NCBI RefSeq assembly: GCF_001194135.2
Contig: NC_068986.1
Coordinates: 113,732,048-113,796,047, forward strand
Origin: Octopus bimaculoides
Lineage: Eukaryota
Direction of reading: 5' to 3'
Length of the DNA stretch: 64,000 nucleotides
Each line of letters opens with the position of its first letter. The stretch's first letter is position 1. Position numbers and translations under genes: made by a program. Below the pieces are notes generated by a model. It saw only the letters and a list, made by a program, of their open reading frames with translations. It was not told where the DNA came from and did no database searches. Below are positions 1 through 13,074 of this stretch, piece after piece.

Positions 1-1543
1 TAAGATGCCAGACCTTTTGTATTTCAATTTCCAGGTCCTTATATTTACTTAGTGTGTCAAATTTCTTGAGAGATAAATTTTTATATCTATTAGTCTACAA
101 ATATTTTCTTCTCTGTCTTTAATGACTACGTCTGGTCGATTTGCCTGTACCGTTCAGTCGGTATTGACTGGAAAATCCCAGATGATAGTGACGTTTCTAC
201 CTTGAACAATTTGCTCCGGGTGATGTTCATACCAGCATGCAGGAGTGCTGACTTCGTAGTGTTTACATATTTTCCATTGTCAATACTGTCCCAACCAATC
301 GAGGCGATTTTTGTATTCATTTGGTGTCATCACATGACATGCCGCGACGAGATGGTTTATTGTTTCATCAAATTAATCGCATTTTGGGTCAGAACCGTTT
401 TGAAGAACGTTAGCCCGGTAGTTTTTGGTAAGCAATCTTGGATGTTGTGCCGCCAATATGAAACCTTCGGTCTCTGCTTTCAGTCCTGAGCTTCTCAGCA
501 TCTGATAAGTGGTTGCTTGAGTCTGCAGTAGCATTTCGTCTTCGAAGTATACACTATCCATGCAGAAGCTTCTCGCTCCACCGCTCCTCACTTTGTTTCT
601 GCCCGTTGTTTTTTTGCAGTCTGTTTGATCTATCTTGCTTGTTTGGTGGCAGTGGTTTCAGGTTCTTCATCTAATACAGGGTTAATGCCAAGTTACATTG
701 CGAATCTACAAGCTTCCTTGACAATAAAACATGATTTCTTGCTGCTTTCGTGTTTGCACTCAATTCGCAGCGTCCAATTCTCTGTCTTAGATACATACGT
801 GTTCATTGCTATTGTGAAGGTCTTACAGCTCATTTCTACCTGCATCATTCCCCCTCCCCCATTACTTCTAGGTAGGTACAGATAATCAAGGTCTGTCTTG
901 GGGTAGCGCATGTTCTTAGATGTTAGTAGTATTTTGCCTTCCTGTCCAGACGTTGGAGTTCTGTAAGATTCCAGTAAATGAAGATAAAATTGTATTGCTC
1001 TACTGGAATTGCCAGGGTGTTAATGGCTTCGATGCGATTTTTGGAGTTGAGTTCAGCTTTGAGTAGGAGTCGCTTCCTTCTCTTATACTCCTTTCGTATT
1101 TTTCCTTCAGAGTAACATGTTGTATACCGTCTCCTTCGTTTATCCCCAGGTATTTATAGCTACCTTGTGGGTCTCTCTCTAATTTAATGGAAGCTGCTTA
1201 CTCTTTTAAAGTTGCTTTATCACACTTATCAAGACCACATCCCGATGCCTTATGACCGATTGTCCGACAGGAAGCACTTCAGTCATTACTACAGTGCAAT
1301 AATTATTCACTCTGTGGCTTTTTCTTAGTGCGTTTCGATGACATTGAACTCTTTAACAGTTGTTAACAGCCCTACTCGCTCTAACTAGTTCTTCCTCATT
1401 TCTAGCAAACAGCTTCACTTCGTTCATATAAAACAGATGGTTTACTATATTATACATTTTGAACCCATACCTGGTGTTACTCAGTTCGTTTTAGAGTGGG
1501 ATCAGTGCCATGCAAAAGAGTAATGGGGAGAGGTAGTCACCTT
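1..1543 (-). mobile_element. R4/Dong-like (RLE-type) non-LTR retrotransposon remnant, 5'-truncated, RT to C-terminal RLE region; runs off the window's left edge
   Basis: Minus-strand frameshifted translation gives GDYLSPLLF, NHLFYMNEVKLFARNEEEL (YMDD region), YPKTDLDYLYLPRSNGGGG, LKAETEGFILAAQ, IIWDFPVNTDRTVQANRPD and SKYKDLEIEIQKVWHL. These motifs are typical of R4/Dong ORFs. Confidence 0.9.
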
Positions 1544-1549
1544 ATTAAC

Positions 1550-1613
1550 ATTATTAATATCATCATCATCATTATTATTATTATTATTTTTATTATTATT
1601 ATTATTATTTATT
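1550..1613. repeat. (ATC/ATT)n microsatellite; (TAA)n tail of the adjacent LINE
   Basis: Direct reading. Confidence 0.95.
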
Positions 1614-2493
1614 GTTTGTTTTTGCACAGCTTCTAATGCTGGAGATGTACTACCGTGCCAGCAGTTCACTACCACAAGTTCTTTTGGGAGCTCCTGAAGT
1701 TTTGCACGTGTAGCGGGCTTGCAGCCTACAGTACCATGCTACTTGTTCTTTTCAGCTTTCTAATACTTTTCTGATTATTCTGGTTGTGCCAAGGAGGCAA
1801 ACCTTTTGTAGCAGTTCTACTGGACATTCCATTCCAATTTCCTTTATATTCCTCTTGATGCCCTCTAATACTTTTCCCAAGGACCCAACAATAATTAGCA
1901 CTCTCTTCACTTTCTTCATTTTCCATAGCTGTGCTATTTCTTACTATCTTTTCGCCTGCCTTCTTGACTATTCCTTGGTCAAAGGGGCATGTAACATCAA
2001 CTATATAGTATATGTAGTGCACTTTGTCCACAACCACTAGGCGCGGTTTGTCATGCTCTAGCACCTGATCTGTTTGGTTTGGGAAATCCCAGAGGAATTT
2101 GCTAGTCTTCGACTCTGCGGTATTTTTTCATACCAGGTTTTGCCTCTCCCTAACCCCCACTGTTCGCACAGTTTCCTATGTTGCACTTTCGCTACCTGGT
2201 GTTGCCACAACTTGTAGTGGTTTTGGGCAAGTCTAGGGTATTCAATCGGGATACGAGCAATAGTTTTATCCACACGCGTTCAGCGTCTGCACGTGGACGA
2301 TGGACTCCATGCATTGTTAGGAGCTTTCTTGACTTCCTGCCCATCTCTTTTAGCTCCTCCTTTGTCCACTTCAGGATTCCAGCACCATACATAACTACTG
2401 CGGCTGCGCGCGATTTTGTTGCCGAAATTATATTTCTGTCTATCAGCTTTGAAGCCAATATTTTTTTCCCTCGCCGAAGATACTCTCTTTTTG

Positions 2494-2497
<4 letters not shown>
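1614..2497 (-). mobile_element. Second R4/Dong-like family: 5'-truncated, internally deleted, with intact 3' end
   Basis: KREYLRRGKKILASKL..YGAGILKWTKEELKEMGRKSRKLLTMHGVHRPRAD joins directly to IARIPIEYPRLAQNHYKL; then KPRLVVVDK..IVDVTCPFD (RLE), a 3' UTR and a (TAA)n tail. Confidence 0.9.
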
Positions 2498-2542
<45 letters not shown>

Positions 2543-2571
2543 CATCATCGTTAATATTCTTCTTCTTCTTC

Positions 2572-2614
<43 letters not shown>

Positions 2615-2628
2615 CATCATCATTTTAT
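2498..2628. repeat. (ATT)n microsatellite (source of the spurious poly-I/L/M ORFs)
   Basis: Direct reading. Confidence 0.95.
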
Positions 2629-3615
2629 TACGCATGAATGCATCCAACGAAGTGCTGACACGATGTTAACTTGTAGGGTTTCCGTATCTCATGGGAAGAA
2701 GCGATAAATCATCATGAGATGCGTGAGTTCGTTCGGGTCTTACAACAGCATGGATTACACTCAAGGCACAAAGAATCGAAGCTGAAGCATTAAGCAAGCC
2801 ACAGAGTGGATATCTATTGTACTGTAGTAATGATTGGATTGTTTCCTGTCGGACAACCGGTTGTGAGGCATAGACGTCAACGTAACATTTTCCTTTTTAA
2901 CGCTCTTCAAAGGGCTACAAACACTTTTATATAATCGATAGTACATATGACATGGTAATATGAAACTGAATAATTTTTTTTATGAACGCAAATGCATATT
3001 TTGAGGAAACAAATAATCCACTATAATTTAGTTGTGTCTCAGTGATAGCATTTGAAATACACTGTACTCTCCATAAGAGGAAATACTGAATTAGGTATTT
3101 TTAGAAGCTCACTTCAAAAATGAAAATAGAAAGTCACTACTTGAATAAATTTTAATATTAGTTTGGTCGATCAATTTGTTGTATTTAGACTGCAGACCAG
3201 AATGCACTGGGAACTTTTAGCAGCTGTTCCAGCTTATATATATTATCATTTATTCAATGCAGATCGTCCATATGGTTTACAACATGTCAGAATTGCTCCA
3301 AGCTGAAATATTTTCTTTCCCTCAAAAGGAAACCAAGGAGGTCGGGCGCCATGTTTATTATCAGCGTAAAAATCCAAGAGTTTACACAACATATGGATGC
3401 ATGTGATAGCTGTATGACATGCTCTCAAAGTTAGATAGTGATAACAATTGAATAGATTATCGATATTTTAGAAAAATGAATATTCTTTGCCATTTCTTTC
3501 TTCTTTTTCCGATAATATATATGACAGAAATATCTGTATTAAAAAGATTTCGGAAGCCGAAATATATATGCAGGTGGTGAACAAAACTTTTTGAAATTCT
3601 ACACGCTTAGAGGTT

Positions 3616-3785
3616 TTCTAATTTTTATAAGATGAAAATTGAGTATGCACATATGTCTGTCTGTCTGCTTGCCTGTCTATCTATCTATCTATNNNNNNNN
3701 NNNNNNNNTTCTAATTTTTATAAGATGAAAATTGAGTATGCACATATGTCTGTCTGTCTGCTTGCCTGTCTATCTATCTATCTAT
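3616..3785. other. Identical 77-bp sequence on both sides of a 16-N gap; probable unmerged contig overlap
   Basis: 3616-3692 equals 3709-3785; N at 3693-3708. Confidence 0.75.
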
Positions 3786-4403
3786 CTATCTGCCTGCCTG
3801 TCTGTCTGTCTGTCTATTTATCTATATATCTATCTATTTATCTATCTGTCTACCTAAATCTCCTTTATACAGTATATAATGTAGTAGTGGCATCTCCGTA
3901 CGTATAAAATTGACAGGATGGTCACGTCTGGAATATCCTTGATCATAGATTTACTCAAAATTATACAAAACAACGATATTTCATTATAGAATGTGCTTCA
4001 GTGAAATTTATTCCAACATTGCTGACATTGAAGTATTTTTTGTTTCGTAAATATACAGACACAATCTCTTATCAATTCTTCATCGTGAATATCGAGAGAA
4101 AAGCAGTAACTTTCAAATTTTATACACTCTCTCTACTGGCAAATGTTTGCTTTATTTAGCTAACATTTGTACTAAATCATACGACATTAAAGAGTGTCAC
4201 ACCAACAAACAAATACTTTTTGCATAGCTTTAACAGATGGTAAGTATTAGCAATTATACATTCACATATGAGTGTATGCATTTATGTATGTATGTATATA
4301 TATATGTATGTTTATGTATGAATATATATGTAACAATGTTGGTATATATACATATAATTAGCTGTATATGTATATGTGTATACATATCTCTCTCTCTTTC
4401 TCT

Positions 4404-4435
<32 letters not shown>

Positions 4436-5953
4436 GTACACACACACACACACATATTTATATATAGATATATATCCAACAATATGTTGAATACTGACTT
4501 AAGCCACGTTTATTCTAGTTATTAAAAGGAATGAATAATACATGATCGTCTGCGTGTGTACGTGCAAGTGTGTATGCTTGCGTGCATATTCGTTCATATG
4601 CGGTTAGCCGTTAGCTATGGAGGAAAAAAGTTGTAGGAGGTGTGATCTATTAGACTATCAGACGACGTTATAATCAAATGCCTAAGAGGACAGCTACTCT
4701 ACAGTAAAGATTGCTGTACATTATTAGAAAACTTGTTTAAGATTAGGTGAGTCCAGGATGTGGAAACGGTTTGCAATGCAAATGATTGAATCATTTTTAT
4801 TTTGAGAAAATATCTCCTTAGAATTTAAGGAAGCAGCATACACAGGATTCTACAGAAAGGAATTTGTAGCAAAACAATAGCCTCAAATATTGCGCAACAA
4901 GTGAACTACACCGTCCTTACATATAGCTTTAAGGCTAATAAGTCTCCTCTCTCGAAAAAATAGTATTCAGTCATTCCCTCTGTTGATTTATTTATGCTAA
5001 TGAAAAATATAGAATTTTGGAGAAATGCCAATAGCTTCCAGAGATAAGGAACGTCAATTATTCTAAATTTGAAAATCAGTAATATATTATTTCTGCAGTC
5101 AAACAAGATAAAACAAATAAACGGCCTTACAACTGCGATAAACCCATCTAATATAAATTTATTCTGGAATTAACAGCTACGTAAGCAAATGGAATAAATT
5201 GTATTACAGTGACAATCATCCAAGAGATAATATAACTGATCTCCAAAAATTAATGGTAATACCAAACCGATAATCCAAAAATGGTATTTCAACTTTAGAA
5301 AAAAGTATAAGGATAATTTTCCGCATAACAATGATGTTCGTTTGATAAATCTCTACCACCAAAACAAAACTGCCTTAATTAAATATCTTCTGAATAGTAT
5401 ACATCTAACTCTGATTATACCTATTGTTTTATACAGTAAATATTGTCGCTGTTATACAAAGGCAAAGCTTTACTAAAATTGAGATGCTTTTGTTCTTTAT
5501 TTACCTATTTTGGAATCTGTTCTACATGTACCCTAAATTTCCGTAAACAAGTTAAAATCACACAAATTTATATAATTGTCTTAGGAAAATTTATTTTGTG
5601 CTGTGAAGAAGTTATCCAGATAAAAGAAAAACATCAAAGATACTGCTTAACATTTACATGGCGGTCAATGACGCCAAAGAATTCTGTTATATCATGAGGT
5701 TATACTACTTGACAAAAGTGACATCTTAATTCCCCTAATTTTGAAGAGGAATGTCACAAAGATAATGATAGGGAAAAAAATCTCCACATTTACTCTGACA
5801 CATTTCAGAAACGTTTACGTCATATTTTGAATGAACTGTGGTTCTAAATTGCCTTAGCTACAAACGCTTAAACTAGATGTTTAGACACAATTCTATTTTT
5901 ATATTTTAAGTGAATGACTGAATCTGAATGGTTTCAACCATCCAGATAATATT

Positions 5954-6155
5954 CCTTGTTTCTATAGGCACATGGAGGGGAGGGAGCCAGTCGATTACAC
6001 CGACCACAGTGCGTGAATGGTATTTATTTCATCGACTCCGAAAGAAGGAAAGGCAGAGCTGACCTTGGCGAGATTTGAACTCAAACATAAGTATGGATGA
6101 AATGCCGCTAAGCATTTTGCCCGGTCTGCTAACGATTCTGCCAGGTCACCGCCTT
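5954..6155 (-). mobile_element. tRNA-derived SINE (type A) with 18-bp target-site duplication
   Basis: A-box TGGCAGAATCG, B-box GAGTTCAAAT and the type A central domain; TSD AACCATCCAGATA(A/G)TATT at 5936-5953 and 6156-6173. Confidence 0.9.
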
Positions 6156-8064
6156 AACCATCCAGATAGTATTAAAAATGATTTAGCTACAATCATTTAA
6201 ATAAACCTATCCAAAGTTATTGTAAATGAAAAAACTTTCAATGGCCCTTATAATTATTGCGATGACGCCCTTATCCTTTTCAGTGTTCAATATAAAATAG
6301 AGTGCGTAGAAAAAAGAACCCCAAATTCAAATAGATATATGGTATAATCCACCTTAGAATCAAGCGTTAGTCACACCAGTTGGGAAAATTATAACCAAAT
6401 ATATCCAATCACAATTCTTATATCATGTCAAAGAAATGTTTGTTTAAATATTGTCCTTCATTGCACAAATCTTTGTACAAAGCCTACGGACTTATTACCA
6501 ATCTAAACTAAACATGGCTACACTAAACTTCAATACTGTGTGTTGCAATAACCGAAATAATTGTTTATTGAACTTCAGTGTAAACTGATGTTAAAGCATA
6601 AAGTGCCTAGCTTCCATGTACAACAGTGAGATTTGAAATTCTCTCTACGAAAACACTTCTTAATCGGCACCTGAATGTATTTCCTCTTGCGAATGCATAA
6701 CTTATAAAGCGTTTCATCATTTCAGACGTTTCTCAACACTCTCTAACAGATATTAATTTAATATAATTCCCTAACAGGTAATAATCTAATATCAAACCAC
6801 AAAAACCTACCAACTTCAAGCGACAATTCATCGACCATATCTCTTTGAGCACTTTATTCTCTCTAACTCCACAAATTGAAATTTCCATTTGATATCTTCC
6901 ATTCCATCTGTTGCATACTGATATAATTCACCTCCAATTCTCACTTATTTGAAAATGTTACCAATGTGCTAAATATTTATGACTTTGATCACGTTTATCC
7001 TTTAAATTTACAAATTTTAATTTTACAGTAGATCACCAATATAATATCACTGTGTTACTGTTATAAATATATAACACTTGCTTGTACTTCTCACTTATTT
7101 GAACATTGTTCTAAAAATCCATCACCTCTTGCTTGTTTAGAATTTCATTATATTTGAATTCTATTTCAACATATAAATTCAAGTTAACCTAAATATTACA
7201 TTACCATTTTCTAGAGTATATTCTACAACAGTGCAAATAATATGTTGTGTTCTCTCAATACTTTATGTAGCAACATTACTTCATAGAATAACACATCCCG
7301 CCTTTGATCAAATGATCCCTGCATTAAGGCCTCGTCCTGCTTCAATTTTAATCCAATATCCTGTTAGATTTACGAGCAATTTCAAAATCTAACACATGAG
7401 GACACATTATTATTAGAATCATCATTCAATCAAGTCGACGTTATATAAATATATTTCATTCTTGAGAATAATTTCCTTCAGTCTCTACTTTGACTCTCCC
7501 AATGTTGTCACCTTGTAAAATAAAACAACATAAAGCCATAATAATTTATAATATACTCCACTATACAAACATAAGAAAACTTATAAACTCTCCTACGTTT
7601 TATATTACACAACCAATTAGAACATTATAATATCAGCATAATCTACTTTTAGTTAGACGGCATCTTGTGATTTTTAATGAGAGTAAAACGTTTAGACCTG
7701 AAACCGAATCTTGAAAATCGAACAGTCATATCGTTCGAGAACCATTTTATTTAACTGAGAAAGCTTGTAATATTCATTTTCATTTAGTTCTTAATTGGTC
7801 GTCTTATTTATCACTTATCTGCGACCTAATTATTGACCTTGTGCCACAGCTACCATCTGAATTTAATTAAGGCAAATGTTATCTGTAATATTAGACCGTC
7901 CATAGAATAACGTCGATATATGTTCTAAATGCGAGCGCTCTGAGACTAAATTGTTACGTATATCCGAGTTTGTGATTTATTCAGCAATTACGCGCGAATT
8001 GAATGGGAGATAAATGAATTTCTTGAATAAGTGAATCCACGTCATGAAAATGTAGCCCTCTTTA

Positions 8065-8076
8065 ACTCTCTCTTTT

Positions 8077-8132
<56 letters not shown>

Positions 8133-8154
8133 TTTTTCTCTCTCTCTTTCTCTC

Positions 8155-8201
<47 letters not shown>

Positions 8202-8202
8202 T

Positions 8203-8240
<38 letters not shown>
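8065..8240. repeat. Interrupted (CT)n microsatellite running into gap 8241-8823
   Basis: Direct reading. Confidence 0.95.
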
Positions 8241-8903
8241 NNNNNNNNNNNNNNNNNNNNNNNNNNNNNNNNNNNNNNNNNNNNNNNNNNNNNNNNNNNN
8301 NNNNNNNNNNNNNNNNNNNNNNNNNNNNNNNNNNNNNNNNNNNNNNNNNNNNNNNNNNNNNNNNNNNNNNNNNNNNNNNNNNNNNNNNNNNNNNNNNNNN
8401 NNNNNNNNNNNNNNNNNNNNNNNNNNNNNNNNNNNNNNNNNNNNNNNNNNNNNNNNNNNNNNNNNNNNNNNNNNNNNNNNNNNNNNNNNNNNNNNNNNNN
8501 NNNNNNNNNNNNNNNNNNNNNNNNNNNNNNNNNNNNNNNNNNNNNNNNNNNNNNNNNNNNNNNNNNNNNNNNNNNNNNNNNNNNNNNNNNNNNNNNNNNN
8601 NNNNNNNNNNNNNNNNNNNNNNNNNNNNNNNNNNNNNNNNNNNNNNNNNNNNNNNNNNNNNNNNNNNNNNNNNNNNNNNNNNNNNNNNNNNNNNNNNNNN
8701 NNNNNNNNNNNNNNNNNNNNNNNNNNNNNNNNNNNNNNNNNNNNNNNNNNNNNNNNNNNNNNNNNNNNNNNNNNNNNNNNNNNNNNNNNNNNNNNNNNNN
8801 NNNNNNNNNNNNNNNNNNNNNNNATATATATATATATATATATAGTTCTACCCATACAACACACCTAGTAGTACTCAAGAGGTTTGAACTTGAATAAGTA
8901 GAG

Positions 8904-9186
8904 GAGTATGTGTAAGTATAATCAAGTTAGGCATGTCAATATCCAAACAATATTAAATATATTAGATACAAGAAATGTATATGCTTACATACATAATGGT
9001 CCGAATTACACAGAATAGAAACGATATCAAAAATTAAGCGGGTTTAAACCCCTTTAATTATTGATATCATTTCTATTCTGTGTAATTCGGACCATTTTGT
9101 ATGTAAGCATATAAACATTTGTATTAAACGTATTCAATATTTTTTGTATATCGACCAACCTAAATTTCTTATCCTTACATTTACTC
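8904..9186. repeat. Loopless ~280-bp palindrome (foldback/MITE-like)
   Basis: Centre GGGTTT|AAACCC at 9045/9046; inner arms 8979-9045 and 9046-9112 match at 62/67; outer arms are still alignable. Confidence 0.9.
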
Positions 9187-9700
9187 ATATGTATGTATGT
9201 ATACCTATATGTATATATACATGTATATGTATGTATATATTATTGTGGGTCTGAGGGTTGTGTGTACATGCACAATACATACCCAGGCAATGGTCCACGT
9301 AACATTGGTTTGGAGTCTACAGACTGAGATAAAAAAATATTACTTATTAAAAATGAAACAAATATAGGCGAAATCTTGTATAAAATATTTAATTATATCT
9401 TAACGTGCATTTTATTAATTAATTATTATCAGTTTTATACCATAAAATGTAGGATCTAATTACATTGCAAATCGACAAAGATGTGTTATCACCTCCGTAA
9501 ATTTATAGAACGAGAAACCGTGCTGTCGTCCCTGGACATACAAGAGATGACTTGCGGGAAGAGCAACGATAAAGTTGCGCACGAGAGTTATGCGTCTAAT
9601 TACTTGAGACCAAAAGCTCCTGGTTATTTCATGGCCGTATAACAAATGTGAAAAAAGAAAAAGACATTCTTAGAAAGGGAGGAAGACAGAGATAGAAATT

Positions 9701-9930
9701 GACGGCGAGCTGGCAGAAACGTTAGCACGCCGGGCGAAATGCTTGGCGGTATTTCGTCTGTCGTTACGTTCTGAGTTCAAATTCCGCCGAAGTCGACTTT
9801 GCTTTTCATCCTTTCGATGTCGATTAAATAAGTACCAGTTACACACTGGGGTCTATATAATCTACTTAATACGTTTCTCTGTATTTGTTTGTCCCCTCTG
9901 TGTGTAGCCCCTTGTGGGTAGTAATAAATA
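9701..9930 (+). mobile_element. tRNA-derived SINE (type A, TTTGTCCCCTCTGTG tail variant)
   Basis: GGCGAGCTGGCAGAAACG...GAGTTCAAATTCC; AGAAATTGA at 9694-9702 and 9931-9939 is a candidate TSD. Confidence 0.92.
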
Positions 9931-10071
9931 AGAAATTGAGGTAAACTTGGAAGGACGGACCGTATGGAAGAGTAAATACGATTTGACTAAACGAGCACAC
10001 TGCTAGACAAGCAGATAGAGAAGAAACATACATATGCATACATACATATACATATATATATATATATACAT

Positions 10072-10108
<37 letters not shown>

Positions 10109-10214
10109 AATGTAGATATAGATAGAGAGACAGAAAAACAGAGTGAGAGAGAGAAGCGGGGAAGGAGATATAGATATAAGAATATATATTTTAGATAAAT
10201 AGATAGATAGCTGA

Positions 10215-10247
<33 letters not shown>

Positions 10248-11261
10248 AGCGTGTCTGAAACACCGTTCATTTATGTACACACAGCTTTCTCCGGCTGTTG
10301 TAGTTTAATTCTAGAAAGTGATGGTAATTTTCGAATGACTGAATATCCTGTCCGACACAACGCTGTAAGGACATTCTTCTTCGAAGCATGTCCTTGCATT
10401 GTTCTGTGCGCCTTCATCTGTTACAATTTATTCAATTCACAACGTATATCTCGCAAAATTAGGAAATGCTTGATGAGCGTCTGAAGGGCCAACCAGGCTA
10501 CCATCTCCACTTCTTTACTCACCTCTTCTGATGTGATTTATTGAATACGATCTGGACATTCGGACCGATATATAGAAAGAGTGATAAATGCAAGAATAGT
10601 TTGTAAGATACATGAGTCTTTAATAAGATTCAGAAGTGCATTTCAATGCCGTGTGACTTTCATTAGTGTATTGCTATACATACTCTACTCGATACTGTTT
10701 TCTTCGCGTCATTCTCTAATTCCCTTTTTCTCCCATTCACCGTTTTCTATCTGTCTATCTCTCCTTTCTTTCTCTTTGTCTCTCTCTTTCTCTCTCTCTC
10801 TCTCGTTGCTCACACGTGGCCATAGTCCATCTTTCTTTTCCTCACGTGACCATCTTTCTTTTCCCCCGGGACGTCCTAGGGACTGGACGTCTTCTATCTC
10901 TCTCTTCTATCTTTTCTCTTTTCTCAGAAAATATTTCTCCCAGTGCTCGCTATTTTACCCTCGTTTTGGTCTAACAACCCTCCATGTTTGTTTTTGTTCG
11001 GTTTCCTTATATGTTCCCAAATTTGACCCTTCATAAATCCCAAATTTTATTTTCGTATTTATGGAAACAACTGTCTTCAAAGACTCATAATGTCTTTGAG
11101 TGCTCGAAGTGGAGAGTAGAGAGACGCCCGACAACTGATAAATGGTCGTTCTTCGCGTTAATGTTCCTGCCTTCCATTATTCTGTCGCTTTTTTGCGTAT
11201 TTAACTCATTTGTTTTCGTATTTCATGTTGTTTACTGTTGGTGACGTCCTGTACACATATA

Positions 11262-11301
<40 letters not shown>

Positions 11302-11439
11302 CACGCACGCACACACACACACACATATATATACACATACATACATACATATATATATTTAAACGTACACACTGATGTGCAGATTTGTATGTGTTATGTA
11401 TGTATTCTCATGCATAGAGTTACATATCTAGACATGCTC

Positions 11440-11830
11440 ATATATAATTAAAAGATAACTTCTGGAAAGTTTTACAAATATTCACAGTTCCAGTATTGGA
11501 TTGGATGTGTAGCCTCCGAATTTTTGGTTTTGAGAATCCTAATTTCTCAAGATTGGTATTTAGGCAGTGTTTTACACATCCCAGGGCCCCAATAATTTCA
11601 GGTGTAAACATGAACTTGTAATCTGGAGAGAGTAACTGCAGATTTCTCAATAATTCAGTGCAGGTGTTCTCTTTTTCACTGATCTTCAGCTTTGTTAACA
11701 TCCACTGGGCAGCTGATTTCCACAACTGTACAGTTTCTCTTCTCTATCCCAAATCATTTTATCAGGTCTGTTGTGCTTACATTCTATTGAGGTCTTCACT
11801 GGTGCATTCTACCAGTATTCCACACCATAA
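11440..11830 (-). mobile_element. 3' end of an RLE-type non-LTR retrotransposon
   Basis: CKHNRPD..WDREEKLCTVVEISCPVDVN (PD-D/E nuclease), then LLRNLQLLSPDYKF..IIGALG..GTVNICKTF (ORF 11438-11725). Confidence 0.85.
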
Positions 11831-11899
11831 CCCTTCTCTTCTTCACTTTTGCCTGACCCCACTTTCAAGACTGTTGTCCACTGTGGTCTCCCCACACGA

Positions 11900-12221
11900 A
11901 ACAAAGTATCATGAAAATTGAAGCGCCTCAAAGGTGAATTACGAAAAAAGATAGATGGCATGACAGGCCTTGATTATTGGGGTCGACTAAAAAAGCTCAA
12001 TCTTTATTCCCTCCAGCGCTACAGCATCTGCATGATGTGGAAAATATTCTATCAGCATTGCCCAAATGATGTTGGCATCGCCTTTAAGATACACCCATGA
12101 CTTGGACCCTCTACTATCCGCCCATAACATAAATCATACTCGTATCACATAACAACAATACGGCACAATTATTTCACTTCAATTGGCCCCGTTCTCTTTA
12201 ACATTACACCAAAACACATTA
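11900..12221 (+). mobile_element. CR1/L2-like LINE ORF2 C-terminal fragment
   Basis: DYWGRLKKLNLYSLQR..IC MMWKI and YFTSIGPVLFNITPK; ends at a gap. Confidence 0.8.
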
Positions 12222-12816
12222 NNNNNNNNNNNNNNNNNNNNNNNNNNNNNNNNNNNNNNNNNNNNNNNNNNNNNNNNNNNNNNNNNNNNNNNNNNNNNNN
12301 NNNNNNNNNNNNNNNNNNNNNNNNNNNNNNNNNNNNNNNNNNNNNNNNNNNNNNNNNNNNNNNNNNNNNNNNNNNNNNNNNNNNNNNNNNNNNNNNNNNN
12401 NNNNNNNNNNNNNNNNNNNNNNNNNNNNNNNNNNNNNNNNNNNNNNNNNNNNNNNNNNNNNNNNNNNNNNNNNNNNNNNNNNNNNNNNNNNNNNNNNNNN
12501 NNNNNNNNNNNNNNNNNNNNNNNNNNNNNNNNNNNNNNNNNNNNNNNNNNNNNNNNNNNNNNNNNNNNNNNNNNNNNNNNNNNNNNNNNNNNNNNNNNNN
12601 NNNNNNNNNNNNNNNNNNNNNNNNNNNNNNNNNNNNNNNNNNNNNNNNNNNNNNNNNNNNNNNNNNNNNNNNNNNNNNNNNNNNNNNNNNNNNNNNNNNN
12701 NNNNNNNNNNNNNNNNNNNNNNNNNNNNNNNNNNNNNNNNNNNNNNNNNNNNNNNNNNNNNNNNNNNNNNNNNNNNNNNNNNNNNNNNNNNNNNNNNNNN
12801 NNNNNNNNNNNNNNNN

Positions 12817-12861
<45 letters not shown>

Positions 12862-13039
12862 TGCATATACACATATATTCATATATCGTAAACAACATCT
12901 CTTATGAATACGTTCCACATTTACATGCATATATTCATATATATATATACATATATATATTCATATATTTATATACATATACATATATACGTATGCACAT
13001 ATTTATATATACATATGTATGTGTATGTGTGTATGTATA

Positions 13040-13074
<35 letters not shown>

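Noticed and set aside
3246-3428. Minus-strand AACATGGCG start-like motif and 60-aa ORF
   Set aside because: The ATG frame stops after about 21 codons; no splice or homology support
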